DNA of 64,000 bases from a bacterium (GTDB lineage: Bacteria; Actinomycetota; Acidimicrobiia; Acidimicrobiales; Bin134). The translations under genes and the position numbers were made by a program. This document shows, in pieces, positions 9,749 to 18,440 of the stretch. The stretch spans positions 22,036 to 86,035 of the forward strand of contig JAPPAP010000023.1 in NCBI GenBank assembly GCA_026705465.1, in the 5' to 3' direction. Below the pieces are notes generated by a model. The model saw only the letters and a list, made by a program, of their open reading frames with translations. It was not told where the DNA came from and made no database searches. Numbering within the stretch: the first letter of the stretch is position 1; each line of letters begins with the position of its first letter.

Positions 9749-9993
9749 GCGTGCTCCGAATCGCCGGCGGCAGTGAGGAACGATGGGGTGCCCATGTCCA
9801 CCTCTGAGCCCAGCCGCAGACGGGTGGCCTGTCCCTCTACAAGATCGAACAGCACCCGCTGGCCTTGGCGCAGCATTCGGAACACCGAGCCCTCCAGGGC
9901 ATCGGCAGCCAGATCGAACTCGGCCAGATCGGTGTCTCGCACGACAACGCCGAGACCGGTTGCCGGATCGTACGCCTTGATCACACCCTGCAC
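9745..9993 (-). CDS. small cold-shock-domain-like (OB-fold-like) protein, degenerate RNP motifs
   Basis: 82 codons from GTG 9993, with AGAAAGAG 6 nt upstream. Its TGA overlaps the pckA GTG (GTGA). 'GVIKAYDPATGLGVVVRD..EFDLAADAL....LRQGQRVLFDLVEG' mirrors the CspA layout. This is the C-terminal part of the 429-aa shadow ORF 9745..11034. Confidence 0.45.
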   Translation of the reverse strand: MQGVIKAYDPATGLGVVVRDTDLAEFDLAADALEGSVFRMLRQGQRVLFDLVEGQATRLRLGSEVDMGTPSFLTAAGDSEHA

Positions 9994-10092
9994 GGGGACT
10001 CTTTCTGCCGGTGATCGGGGATACGGGCAGGGTAACGGCTGGTCTAGGCGGTTCGCGAGTCGAGCAGGTGTGACTAGATAGCATCGCGGGGC

Positions 10093-11763
10093 ATGACGGC
10101 AGACCGGCTGGAGGCCGATGGGTTGCGGGCCACGATGGAGTGGTTCCGAGACGCCTTGGCTCTGCATCGAGACGTCATCAACCAGCTCAACGTGTATCCG
10201 GTGCCCGATGGCGACACCGGCACCAACATGGCGCTTACCTTGGAAACGGTGGTAACCGAGGTGTCCGCCGCTGGAGATCAGATGAGCGAGGTTTGCCACG
10301 CCATCAGCCATGGTTCGCTGATGGGCGCCCGGGGAAATTCTGGTGTCATCCTGTCGCAGATATTGAGGGGTCTGGCAGAGACGGTGTCTACCGCCGGCCA
10401 TGTTGATCCGCCGGTATTGGCCGGTGCGCTGAAGCAAGCCTCGGCAGCGGCCGACGATGCGGTGTCCACCCCGGTGGAGGGAACCATTTTGACCGTGGTG
10501 CGGGACGTGGCGACCGCCGCCGCAGAGGCGGTTGACCAGGGTGTTGACGGCCTCATCCAAATGGTGGAGGGATGTCAGCGGGCGGGACGGGCCTCGCTGG
10601 ATCGCACGCCGGAGTTGTTGCCCCAACTGGCCCGGGCCAATGTGGTGGACGCTGGGGGAGCGGGGTTTCTGCTGTTTCTGGATGCGCTGGCCACCGCGAT
10701 GGACGGTCGGCCGCTGCCCGACCCGCCACCGGTGGACCCGTCGGCGGGGGTGGGGGCCGCCGTAGCTGGGGCCGAAGACCCCCATGGTGCCGGTGACGAC
10801 GCTGACGGCACGCGCTATGAGGTGATGTTCTTCCTCGAGGCCGAAGATCAGCGAATCGGCGAGTTCCGTACCGCTTGGGAAGCCTTGGGCGATTCCATCG
10901 TGGTGGTGGGCGGCGATGGATTGTGGAACTGCCACATCCACAGCAATGACATTGGGGGCAGTATCGAGGCGGGCATCGGCGTGGGGCGTCCGTTCGACAT
11001 TCGGGTGACCGACCTGTTTGAGCAAGTGGAGCACGTCGAGTCGTTGATGGAGTCGGCAGCGGCAACCGAGATCGGCGGAACGGTTACCACGGTTGCGGGA
11101 GATCCGGTCCGCACCGCGGTGGTGGCAGTGTCGGTAGGGGCCGGGGTGCGCCGCATCTTCGAATCTCTAGGAGTCCGGGCGGTCATTGCTGGAGGGCAGA
11201 CCATGAATCCCTCTACTGAGCACTTTGTGCAGGCGGTTGAGCAGCTCGATGCTGATGAGGTCGTGCTCCTACCCAATAACAAGAACATCGTGCCAGTGGC
11301 CGAGCGGGTGGACGATTGCACAGAGGCCACTGTGCGGGTGGTCCCCACCAGGGGTATCGCCGAGGGACTGGCCGCCCTGATGGCCTATGACCCGTCGGCC
11401 AGTGCCGACCAAAACCAATCGGCCATGGCAGATGCCGCCGACGATGTGGTGACCGGGGAGGTGACCCAAGCGGTGCGCGACACCGAGAGCGAATTGGGGC
11501 CCATTGCCGCAGGCCAGTGGCTGGGACTGGATCGTGGCGGGTTGAGGGTCGTATCCCAAAGCACGGTGCAGGCGGCCACTGAGCTCTTGGACGAGATCAT
11601 CGACGACAGCCATGAGCTGGTCACGGTCATCGCTGGCGTCGACGCCACTGCGGCCGAAGTCGAAGAAGTGGCTGGCTGGCTGGCCGAGCATCATCCAGAG
11701 ATTGAGATGGAGGTCCACGAAGGGGGCCAACCCCTCTATCCGTTCTATTTCGGAGTGGAGTGA
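10093..11763 (+). CDS. DAK2-domain fusion protein (YloV family)
   Basis: 'NVYPVPDGDTGTNMALTLE' and 'GARGNSGVILSQ' Dak2 motifs. Sits upstream of recG, as in other Gram-positives. Confidence 0.85.
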   Translation: MTADRLEADGLRATMEWFRDALALHRDVINQLNVYPVPDGDTGTNMALTLETVVTEVSAAGDQMSEVCHAISHGSLMGARGNSGVILSQILRGLAETVSTAGHVDPPVLAGALKQASAAADDAVSTPVEGTILTVVRDVATAAAEAVDQGVDGLIQMVEGCQRAGRASLDRTPELLPQLARANVVDAGGAGFLLFLDALATAMDGRPLPDPPPVDPSAGVGAAVAGAEDPHGAGDDADGTRYEVMFFLEAEDQRIGEFRTAWEALGDSIVVVGGDGLWNCHIHSNDIGGSIEAGIGVGRPFDIRVTDLFEQVEHVESLMESAAATEIGGTVTTVAGDPVRTAVVAVSVGAGVRRIFESLGVRAVIAGGQTMNPSTEHFVQAVEQLDADEVVLLPNNKNIVPVAERVDDCTEATVRVVPTRGIAEGLAALMAYDPSASADQNQSAMADAADDVVTGEVTQAVRDTESELGPIAAGQWLGLDRGGLRVVSQSTVQAATELLDEIIDDSHELVTVIAGVDATAAEVEEVAGWLAEHHPEIEMEVHEGGQPLYPFYFGVE

Positions 11764-13931
11764 CCCGGTCGTCCTCGGTCGGCTCTGACAAGGAGGTCGC
11801 CGGTCGGCCTCCGCTCACCATGGTCGATTTTGCCGGTATGAGTGTCGAGGTATTGAGCGGGGTGGGCCCGGCCAAGGCCAAGACCTTGGCTGCGGTCGAA
11901 GTGGAATCGGTGCTTGACCTGTTGACCTACTACCCCCGCCGCTATATCGACCGGACCAACCAAGCGGCGATCAGCGATCTGGAGGACGGAGTAGAGGCCA
12001 TGGTCATGGCCCAGGTGGACAGCGTGTTTTCCAAAAAGCTCAGGGGCAGCCGGGTAATGGTCACGGTCGGGGTCAGCGATCCGACCGGGCGGCTGCGGCT
12101 GGTTTTCTTCAACCAACCGTGGCGGGATCGCCAGCTGTCGAAGGGACAGGAAGTGGTGGTGTTCGGGAAGCTGGATCACTACCGGGGCCAGCGCCAGATG
12201 ACCAATCCCATCGTCGACCTCGTTGGCGATGAGACTGGGCGAATTGTGCCGGTGTACCCCCAGTCGGGCAAGGCCGGGCTTCAGACCCGGGAGATGAGGC
12301 GGTGGGTTGACGAGGCCCTACGGCGCTCAGAGCAGCGGGGCATCGGCGACCCGGTGCCCGAGGGACTGCGAACCCACCACAGCTTGATCGGGCGACATGA
12401 GGCAATCGAGGGAATCCATCGCCCCGAGACCATGGACGCCCACTACACCGCTCGGAATCGACTGGTTTTCGACGAGCTGCTCCGGCTCCAGCTCAAGCTG
12501 ATCATGCGCAAGCGGGCGGTGGAGCGGTCCGCCGTGGGCATCGGACACGACATTGGGGGAGAGCTCGTTGATCGGTTCACCAGTTCGCTGGGATTTCCTC
12601 TGACCGGTGCCCAGCGCCGGGTGATCGGCGAGGTAGTGGCCGACATGGCCCGTCCGGTACCCATGCACCGCCTCTTGCAGGGGGATGTGGGGGCGGGCAA
12701 GACCGTGGTCGCGGTGTCGGCCATGCTCACTGCGGTGCAAGGCGGTCACCAGGGTGCGCTTATGGCGCCCACAGAGGTGCTGGCCACCCAGCACTACCTG
12801 GGCGTACGAGCTCTGCTTGACGGGCTGATCGTACCCGCGTCCAATTCACTGCTACCCGAGCGCCCGGTGCGAGTGGCACTGCTCACCAACCAAACTGCGG
12901 GTGCTGAGCGGACCCAAATCAACGCTTCGCTGGCTTCGGGCGAGATCGACATCGTGATTGGTACCCACGCCCTCATTCAGGAAGGGGTGGATTTCTCCTC
13001 GTTGGGGGTCGTGGTAGTGGACGAGCAGCACCGTTTCGGAGTCGAGCAGCGGGCCGCACTGCGGGCCAAAGGCTCACAGGCTGCATCCCCCGATGTGCTG
13101 GTGATGACAGCCACCCCCATCCCCCGAACAGCGGCTATGACCGTGTACGGCGACCTCGATGTGTCCACGCTGGATGAGATGCCCCCAGGGCGAACCCCGA
13201 TTGCCACCCGATGGGCCCGGACCGGGCCCGAAGAGGCTGAGGTGTGGGAGCAGGTCAGGGCCGAAGTAGGGCAGGGTCGACAGGCATATGTGGTGTGCCC
13301 GCTGATCGACGAGTCCGACAGCATCGGAGCTCGATCCGTCACCGAAACCTACGAGCGCCTTCAGGGAGAGGAGCTAGTCGGGCTGAGGGTCGGGCTGCTT
13401 CACGGCCGGCTCACCCCAGCTGAGAAAGAATCGGTAATGGCACTGTTCCGAAGCGGGGCCATCGATGTGCTGGTAGCCACCACCGTGATAGAGGTGGGGG
13501 TGGATGTGCCCAATGCCACGATCATGGTGATTGTGGATGCCGACCGGTTCGGCATCGCTCAGCTTCACCAGTTGAGAGGTCGAGTGGGCCGGGGAAACCA
13601 CGAGTCCACGTGCTGCCTGTTGGCCGCCGACGCGGTGGGGCTTGCCGCCGAGCGGCTTCGGGCTTTGGTGGAGACCACTGATGGGTTCGAGCTGGCCGAG
13701 GCCGATCTGGAATTGCGAGGGGAGGGCACCATCTTGGGTGAGCGCCAAAAGGGTAGAAGCGACTTGCAGTTGGCCTCTTTGCGCCGGGACAAGGACTGGG
13801 TTGTGTGGGCCCGTGAAGCCGCTGGGGAGATGCTCGACGAAGACCCCGAACTCCACCGCCATGCTGAGCTACGGGCTGAGGTCGAACTGTTCCTAGTGGA
13901 CGACGATGCCGACTACCTGATGAAGAGCTGA
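11760..13931 (+). CDS. recG: ATP-dependent DNA helicase RecG
   Basis: 'LQGDVGAGKT' Walker A, 'VVDEQHRFG' DEQH box, 'QLHQLRGRVGRG' motif VI. GTGA overlap with the upstream gene; the start could instead be ATG 11820. Confidence 0.9.
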   Translation: MTRSSSVGSDKEVAGRPPLTMVDFAGMSVEVLSGVGPAKAKTLAAVEVESVLDLLTYYPRRYIDRTNQAAISDLEDGVEAMVMAQVDSVFSKKLRGSRVMVTVGVSDPTGRLRLVFFNQPWRDRQLSKGQEVVVFGKLDHYRGQRQMTNPIVDLVGDETGRIVPVYPQSGKAGLQTREMRRWVDEALRRSEQRGIGDPVPEGLRTHHSLIGRHEAIEGIHRPETMDAHYTARNRLVFDELLRLQLKLIMRKRAVERSAVGIGHDIGGELVDRFTSSLGFPLTGAQRRVIGEVVADMARPVPMHRLLQGDVGAGKTVVAVSAMLTAVQGGHQGALMAPTEVLATQHYLGVRALLDGLIVPASNSLLPERPVRVALLTNQTAGAERTQINASLASGEIDIVIGTHALIQEGVDFSSLGVVVVDEQHRFGVEQRAALRAKGSQAASPDVLVMTATPIPRTAAMTVYGDLDVSTLDEMPPGRTPIATRWARTGPEEAEVWEQVRAEVGQGRQAYVVCPLIDESDSIGARSVTETYERLQGEELVGLRVGLLHGRLTPAEKESVMALFRSGAIDVLVATTVIEVGVDVPNATIMVIVDADRFGIAQLHQLRGRVGRGNHESTCCLLAADAVGLAAERLRALVETTDGFELAEADLELRGEGTILGERQKGRSDLQLASLRRDKDWVVWAREAAGEMLDEDPELHRHAELRAEVELFLVDDDADYLMKS

Positions 13932-13937
13932 GGAAAC

Positions 13938-14570
13938 GTGCTGGACATTGTGCGTATGGGTTTGGAGAGACGGGAGCAGATCGCAGCTATCTGGGCAGAT
14001 GCTTTTGAGGCAGATCCGTTGATGAAGTGGGTATTCCCCGACAATTCCAGCCGTTTGATGTCGCTAAGGCAATGGTGGGGATTCACGCTGGACCATCAGC
14101 CCCCCGGCTCTGAACTTCACGGAACTCGGGCCGACGGGTGCGTGGCCTATTGGCAACCGCCCCAGAACAAGAAGGACTCGCCATCGGAACCCGAGGGGGC
14201 TGATCGCGGCGAGTCCGACGGCCACGTGGCGTTTGTTGCAATGATGACTGAGCTTTTGGGCGATCTGGCCCCGTCTCGAATGGAAGCCCTGGGCAAGATG
14301 CACCAAGCTCGCTTAGCCGAGCCCCACTGGTATCTGGCGGTTCTGGGCACGTCGCCCGACCAGCAGAGCAAGGGCTTGGGAGGCAAAGTGCTGACCCCGA
14401 TGCTGGATCGATGCGACCGAATCGGCATGCTGGCCTACTTGGAGTCCAGCAACCCGGCAAATGTGGGGTTCTATCGCCGTCATGGCTTCGAGCCGATTGA
14501 CGAGTTCTACTTGGGTGAGGGAGTGCTCATTACCCCGATGTCCCGAGAGCCCCGTCCTCCAGAAGACTGA
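13938..14570 (+). CDS. GNAT-family N-acetyltransferase
   Basis: 'QSKGLGGKVLTPMLDRCD' acetyl-CoA loop (Q/RxxGxG/A) and 'AYLESSNPANVGFYRRHGF'. Confidence 0.7.
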   Translation: MLDIVRMGLERREQIAAIWADAFEADPLMKWVFPDNSSRLMSLRQWWGFTLDHQPPGSELHGTRADGCVAYWQPPQNKKDSPSEPEGADRGESDGHVAFVAMMTELLGDLAPSRMEALGKMHQARLAEPHWYLAVLGTSPDQQSKGLGGKVLTPMLDRCDRIGMLAYLESSNPANVGFYRRHGFEPIDEFYLGEGVLITPMSREPRPPED

Positions 14571-14573
14571 GCG

Positions 14574-15098
14574 ATGGTGTTGCGGATCATTGCCGGGGAG
14601 GCCCGGGGCCGTCGGTTGAGCACCCCGGAGGGCATAGACGTGCGTCCCTCCACCAGCCGGGTTCGCGAAGCAGTGTTCAACTCTTTGCACAGCATGGGTT
14701 ACCTGCAAGGAGCCGCGGTGCTGGACCTGTTTGCCGGATCAGGGGCCTTGGGATTGGAAGCCGTATCGAGAGGCGCAGCTTCGGCAACGTTTGTGGAGTC
14801 GGCTCCACCGGCGTTGGCCGCGTTGCGGGCGAACATTGATGCCACTGGGTTCAACGATCGCTGCCGAGTAGTGCCCGGCGATGTGTGGGAGGAGCTTCCC
14901 CGACTCGGCGGTGGCTATGACGTGGCGCTGTGCGATCCGCCCTATCAATTCGATGCTTGGCCAGAACTGCTGTCCCAAGTCTCCGCAGATGTCGTGATGG
15001 CTGAGTCCGATCAGGCGGTGGTTCCCGGATCCGGCTGGGATGTCGTCAAACAGCAGCGCTACGCGGGTACCGTTGTGGTGATTGCAAGCCGGCAATAG
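14574..15098 (+). CDS. rsmD: 16S rRNA (guanine966-N2)-methyltransferase
   Basis: 'RIIAGEARGRRL', 'VLDLFAGSGALGLEA', 'ALCDPPY'. Confidence 0.85.
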   Translation: MVLRIIAGEARGRRLSTPEGIDVRPSTSRVREAVFNSLHSMGYLQGAAVLDLFAGSGALGLEAVSRGAASATFVESAPPALAALRANIDATGFNDRCRVVPGDVWEELPRLGGGYDVALCDPPYQFDAWPELLSQVSADVVMAESDQAVVPGSGWDVVKQQRYAGTVVVIASRQ

Positions 15099-15125
15099 CA
15101 ACGACAGACCCCAGGAGAATCCTCA

Positions 15126-15605
15126 GTGACGCGCGTCCTGTTTCCCGGATCGTTCGACCCCATACACAACGGGCATATGGAAATCGTGGAGACCGCGGCG
15201 CGCCTGTTCGAGGAGGTAATTGTGGCTGCGGTTCACAACCCCCAGAAGTCTCCTCTGTTTGAGCTGGATGAGCGTCAGGCAATGTTGGAAGAGTGCTTTG
15301 CCCACTTGCCCAACGTGCGGACCACCATGTTCGCCAGTCTGGTGGTGGATCTGGCCCGGGAAGAAGGGGTTGACTTCATTGTGAAGGGCCTGAGAGCAGT
15401 CTCCGACTTCGAGAACGAGCTTCAGATGGCCCAGATGAACCAGGCCATTTCCGGGGTCCACACGCTGTTCATCCCCTCAGCCAGCAAGCATTCGTTCCTG
15501 GCTTCCAAACTCATCCGCGAGCTGGCCCGCTTCGGCGAGCAGATCGACTCCATGGTCCCTTTTCCGGTCGCCAAACGACTCATCGAGAGGTATCGAGATG
15601 ACTGA
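15126..15605 (+). CDS. coaD: phosphopantetheine adenylyltransferase
   Basis: 'FPGSFDPIHNGHMEIV' (T/H-x-G-H) and 'SKHSFLASKLIRE'. GTG start. Confidence 0.9.
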   Translation: MTRVLFPGSFDPIHNGHMEIVETAARLFEEVIVAAVHNPQKSPLFELDERQAMLEECFAHLPNVRTTMFASLVVDLAREEGVDFIVKGLRAVSDFENELQMAQMNQAISGVHTLFIPSASKHSFLASKLIRELARFGEQIDSMVPFPVAKRLIERYRDD

Positions 15606-16188
15606 CATCGATCCCAATTCAACCGCAACTCACCAGGCAGTCGCCGGGACGTTCGTGGACCCCGAGTTCGATTTGCTGCTGCGACGGGCAATCGAGCTGG
15701 TGGATACGGCCCGTCCCATGCCGCTGTCGGCTTCTTCCATGATCAACAAGGACGAAGTGCTCGAGTTGCTCCAGAGCTGCCTGAACCGTCTTCCCGAGGA
15801 GATGCGGGCTGCCCGCTGGCTGTTGAAAGAGCGCGAGGACTTCTTGAAGAGGGTCCATCGGGAGGGCGACGAGATCTTGGTGGCCGCTCGATCGCAGGCG
15901 GAGGCCATGGTGCAGCGCACGGAGGTGGTCAAGGCAGCCGAACAACGGGCCCGGAGAATGGTAGAGGAAGCCGAGGCCACCGCCCGGCGGCTGCGTCTGG
16001 AGACCGAGGACTACTGCGATACCAAATTGGGAAGCTTCGAAAACGCTCTTGAGCGCATTCTGAATACGGTCAAGGAAGCCAGGTCACGGCTTCAGGGCGA
16101 TCCGCTTGCCGATCTGGTTCGGGCCTACGGTTCCGAGCCGGAGCCGGAGCCCGACGACGGCTTCTTCGATCAAGACACCCTGGGGTAG
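15598..16188 (+). CDS. coiled-coil protein resembling mycobacterial SepIVA (DivIVA-like)
   Basis: 8-bp overlap with coaD and position upstream of yceD (DUF177), as for Rv2927c. 'ARPMPLSASSMINKDEVLELL' and 'EDYCDTKLGSFENALERIL' resemble the SepIVA 'ARGVPMTAGCVVPRGDVLELI' and 'ECDIYVDNKLAEFEEFL' as I recall them. Confidence 0.5.
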   Translation: MTDIDPNSTATHQAVAGTFVDPEFDLLLRRAIELVDTARPMPLSASSMINKDEVLELLQSCLNRLPEEMRAARWLLKEREDFLKRVHREGDEILVAARSQAEAMVQRTEVVKAAEQRARRMVEEAEATARRLRLETEDYCDTKLGSFENALERILNTVKEARSRLQGDPLADLVRAYGSEPEPEPDDGFFDQDTLG

Positions 16189-16233
16189 GGCAATACCCAG
16201 GGCGAGGACAGTCACACCGCGGGAGGAGGCGGC

Positions 16234-16740
16234 ATGCCAAAAAGCTCCAACCCCATGATTGTTCCCGTCGCTGAACTGCTGCGCCGTCCCGGCTCGAGTC
16301 GGGAGATCTCGCTCCAGGCTGACTTCGACGACCTGTCCAACTCAGACGCTGTGGTGCACGGGCCGGTTGATCTCCACCTCCATCTTGAATCGGCAACAAG
16401 CGGCTTGGAGGTGTCTGGTTCGCTTCATGCCGAGTGGCGCGGGTCATGTCGGCGGTGTCTGGAGCCCATTGAGCAGTCAGTGCAGCAGGATCTGCGGGAG
16501 ATATACGCCAGCGCCCCCACTGATGACGAGACGTATCCGATTCATGACGGGGAGGTGGACTTGACCCCGATGGTGCGCGACTGCCTTGTTCTCGCTCTGC
16601 CTATCGCTCCGCTCTGCTCAGAGGACTGTCTAGGGCCGGCTCCCGACGCCTATCCGATGAACCAGCCTGAACCTACTGGCGAAGATCGCCCCAAAGATCC
16701 CCGATGGGCTGCGTTAGACGCGTTGCGAACTGGCCAGTAG
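16234..16740 (+). CDS. YceD/DUF177 family protein
   Basis: Immediately upstream of rpmF. Cys cluster 'CRRCLEP' ... 'CSEDCLG' is typical of DUF177. Confidence 0.8.
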   Translation: MPKSSNPMIVPVAELLRRPGSSREISLQADFDDLSNSDAVVHGPVDLHLHLESATSGLEVSGSLHAEWRGSCRRCLEPIEQSVQQDLREIYASAPTDDETYPIHDGEVDLTPMVRDCLVLALPIAPLCSEDCLGPAPDAYPMNQPEPTGEDRPKDPRWAALDALRTGQ

Positions 16741-16810
16741 ATTTGTCATTTGCGCTCGCGCCGTTTCTGATCAGGGCGCGGCATTCTTCCTCAACATGTA
16801 GGACTGTCCG

Positions 16811-16990
16811 ATGGCTGTACCCAAGAAGAAAACATCCAAAGCCAAGGGCCGAAGTCGTCGGGCCGCGGCTTGGCGGGTGTCGGCGCCAGCGCAGAGCACG
16901 TGTCCCCGCTGCGGGTCGGTTAAGCGACCGCACCGGGTATGCAAGGTGTGTGGGTGGTACGCCGGCCGCGAAGCCGTGGAAGTGGCCTGA
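16811..16990 (+). CDS. rpmF: 50S ribosomal protein L32 (59 aa; below the ORF-track size cutoff)
   Basis: Hand translation gives MAVPKKKTSKAKGRSRRAAAWRVSAPAQSTCPRCGSVKRPHRVCKVCGWYAGREAVEVA*, with the 'MAVPKKKTS' signature and a CxxC...CxxC zinc ribbon. Confidence 0.85.
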   Translation: MAVPKKKTSKAKGRSRRAAAWRVSAPAQSTCPRCGSVKRPHRVCKVCGWYAGREAVEVA

Positions 16991-17022
16991 GCCCTTCCCA
17001 ACCACTATTTGGAGAGCATCGG

Positions 17023-18018
17023 TTGACATCGCTTCCGGTTGCTGTTGACGCAATGGGGGGTGACAATGCTCCCCAGTCGGTCTTGGACGGTGTTCGAATC
17101 GCGGCCGAGCAGGGCATTCCCGTACTGCTGGTGGGTCAACCCGAGCAACTGCCTGATGACGGCGAGTTCGAGGTGATTCCCGCGTCGCAGGTGATTGCCA
17201 TGGGGGCCGAAGCGGCATCCAGCGTCCGGAAGATGAAGGACTCGTCGCTGGTGCGGGCAGCCGAGGCGGTTCGCGATGGCCGCGCCTCTGCCATGGTCAG
17301 CGCTGGCAATACTGGAGCAGCCATGGCGGCATCCCTACTCAGGATGGGCCGTATCCGGGGGGTGTCCCGCCCCGCAATCGCCACGCCAATCGTCGTTCCC
17401 GGGCGTGCATGGCCAAATGTGATGCTGGATTCGGGGGCCAACACCGAGTGCAGCGCGGAATGGCTGGTGCAGTTCGCCCAGATGGGGGCGGTGTACTGCC
17501 GCGACCGCTGGGGGGTTGAGGAGCCCCGAGTCGGGCTTCTATCCAACGGCGAGGAGGCCGGCAAGGGATCGCCCTTGGTCAAGGAGGCATTCGAGTTGTT
17601 GGAGGAGAAGGGCTGGCAGACTCGGACGGGTGCGGTGTTCGCCGGCAATGTCGAAGGGCGGGATCTGCTGGAGGATCTGGTGGACGTGATCGTCACGGAC
17701 GGCTTCACCGGGAACGTCGCGCTCAAGACCGCCGAGGGTGTGGCCAAGCAGTTGATCAATGCACTCTTCAAGGCGTTCGACTCCTCCGAAGAGGCAAGGC
17801 AAGGGGCTGAGCTGCTGGCACCCGCGCTGACCCCGCTTTACGACGAATTCAACCCCGATACGGTCGGCGGAGCCATCCTCCTCGGCGTGAGTGGCGTCAC
17901 TATTATCAGCCATGGCGCCTCGTCCCCCAGGGCCTTGGCCAACGCCATAGAAGTGGCCCATGAACTGGCCGAACGCGACACGGTGGGCTCATTGCGCCGC
18001 GTTCTGTCCTCCGATTAG
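17023..18018 (+). CDS. plsX: phosphate acyltransferase PlsX
   Basis: 'VAVDAMGGDNAP', 'VSAGNTGA', 'TDGFTGNVALK'. TTG 17023 is preceded by GGAGAG at 17011-17016; the track ORF start at 16939 overlaps rpmF. Confidence 0.9.
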   Translation: MTSLPVAVDAMGGDNAPQSVLDGVRIAAEQGIPVLLVGQPEQLPDDGEFEVIPASQVIAMGAEAASSVRKMKDSSLVRAAEAVRDGRASAMVSAGNTGAAMAASLLRMGRIRGVSRPAIATPIVVPGRAWPNVMLDSGANTECSAEWLVQFAQMGAVYCRDRWGVEEPRVGLLSNGEEAGKGSPLVKEAFELLEEKGWQTRTGAVFAGNVEGRDLLEDLVDVIVTDGFTGNVALKTAEGVAKQLINALFKAFDSSEEARQGAELLAPALTPLYDEFNPDTVGGAILLGVSGVTIISHGASSPRALANAIEVAHELAERDTVGSLRRVLSSD

Positions 18019-18062
18019 GAATTTCGTCTTCTGGTCTAACCCTCCGATTGGGGATTTCGTCT
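18008..18062. repeat. 22-bp direct repeat (20/22 identical) with a 33-bp period, spanning the plsX stop and the acpP upstream region
   Basis: cctccgattaggaatttcgtct (18008-18029) and cctccgattggggatttcgtct (18041-18062). Confidence 0.85.
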
Positions 18063-18140
18063 GTTCCCAGTAGGTCGGAACCGCGACAAGCTGGCGTATA
18101 CTGACCGGGCGCCGAGTTGCTGAACTGCCCCGGAGACGCT

Positions 18141-18440
18141 GTGCCATCCGAAACCCATGTCGAACAAAGTCCGCTGGATCGTGACGGGGTCTTAGCCCTC
18201 ATCACTGAGTGCTTGGCCGACATTTTGGAGATTTCCCCGGATCGGATCACCGAAGGGCAGGCATTTGCCGACGATCTCGACGCCGATTCACTCGCTCTCA
18301 TCGAGCTTGTGGAAACTCTGGAAGAGGAGTTGAGCGAGAGGACTGTTGGTTTCAGCATCGACGACGAAGACCTGGAGGACCTCAAGACGGTGCGAGACGC
18401 TGTCGATTATGTTCACGGCCGTCTGAGCCGAAGCTCCTGA
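18141..18440 (+). CDS. acpP: acyl carrier protein
   Basis: 'DDLDADSLALIELVETLEEE' with the DSL phosphopantetheine serine. GTG 18141 has GGAG 5 nt upstream; TTG 18117 is an in-frame alternative. Confidence 0.85.
   Translation: MPSETHVEQSPLDRDGVLALITECLADILEISPDRITEGQAFADDLDADSLALIELVETLEEELSERTVGFSIDDEDLEDLKTVRDAVDYVHGRLSRSS

Noticed and set aside
9994-10092. tRNA-like T-loop resemblance ('ggcggttcgcgagtcgagc') in the csd-like/yloV intergenic region
   Set aside because: No acceptor stem, D-arm or anticodon arm can be drawn, and the T-loop match is imperfect. It is most likely a divergent promoter region.
9994-11034. N-terminal ~345 aa of the 429-aa minus-strand ORF 9745..11034
   Set aside because: Antisense to the well-supported YloV (DAK2) gene and of junk-like composition. 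Only the last 82 codons (9745-9993), which lie outside yloV, look like a real gene.
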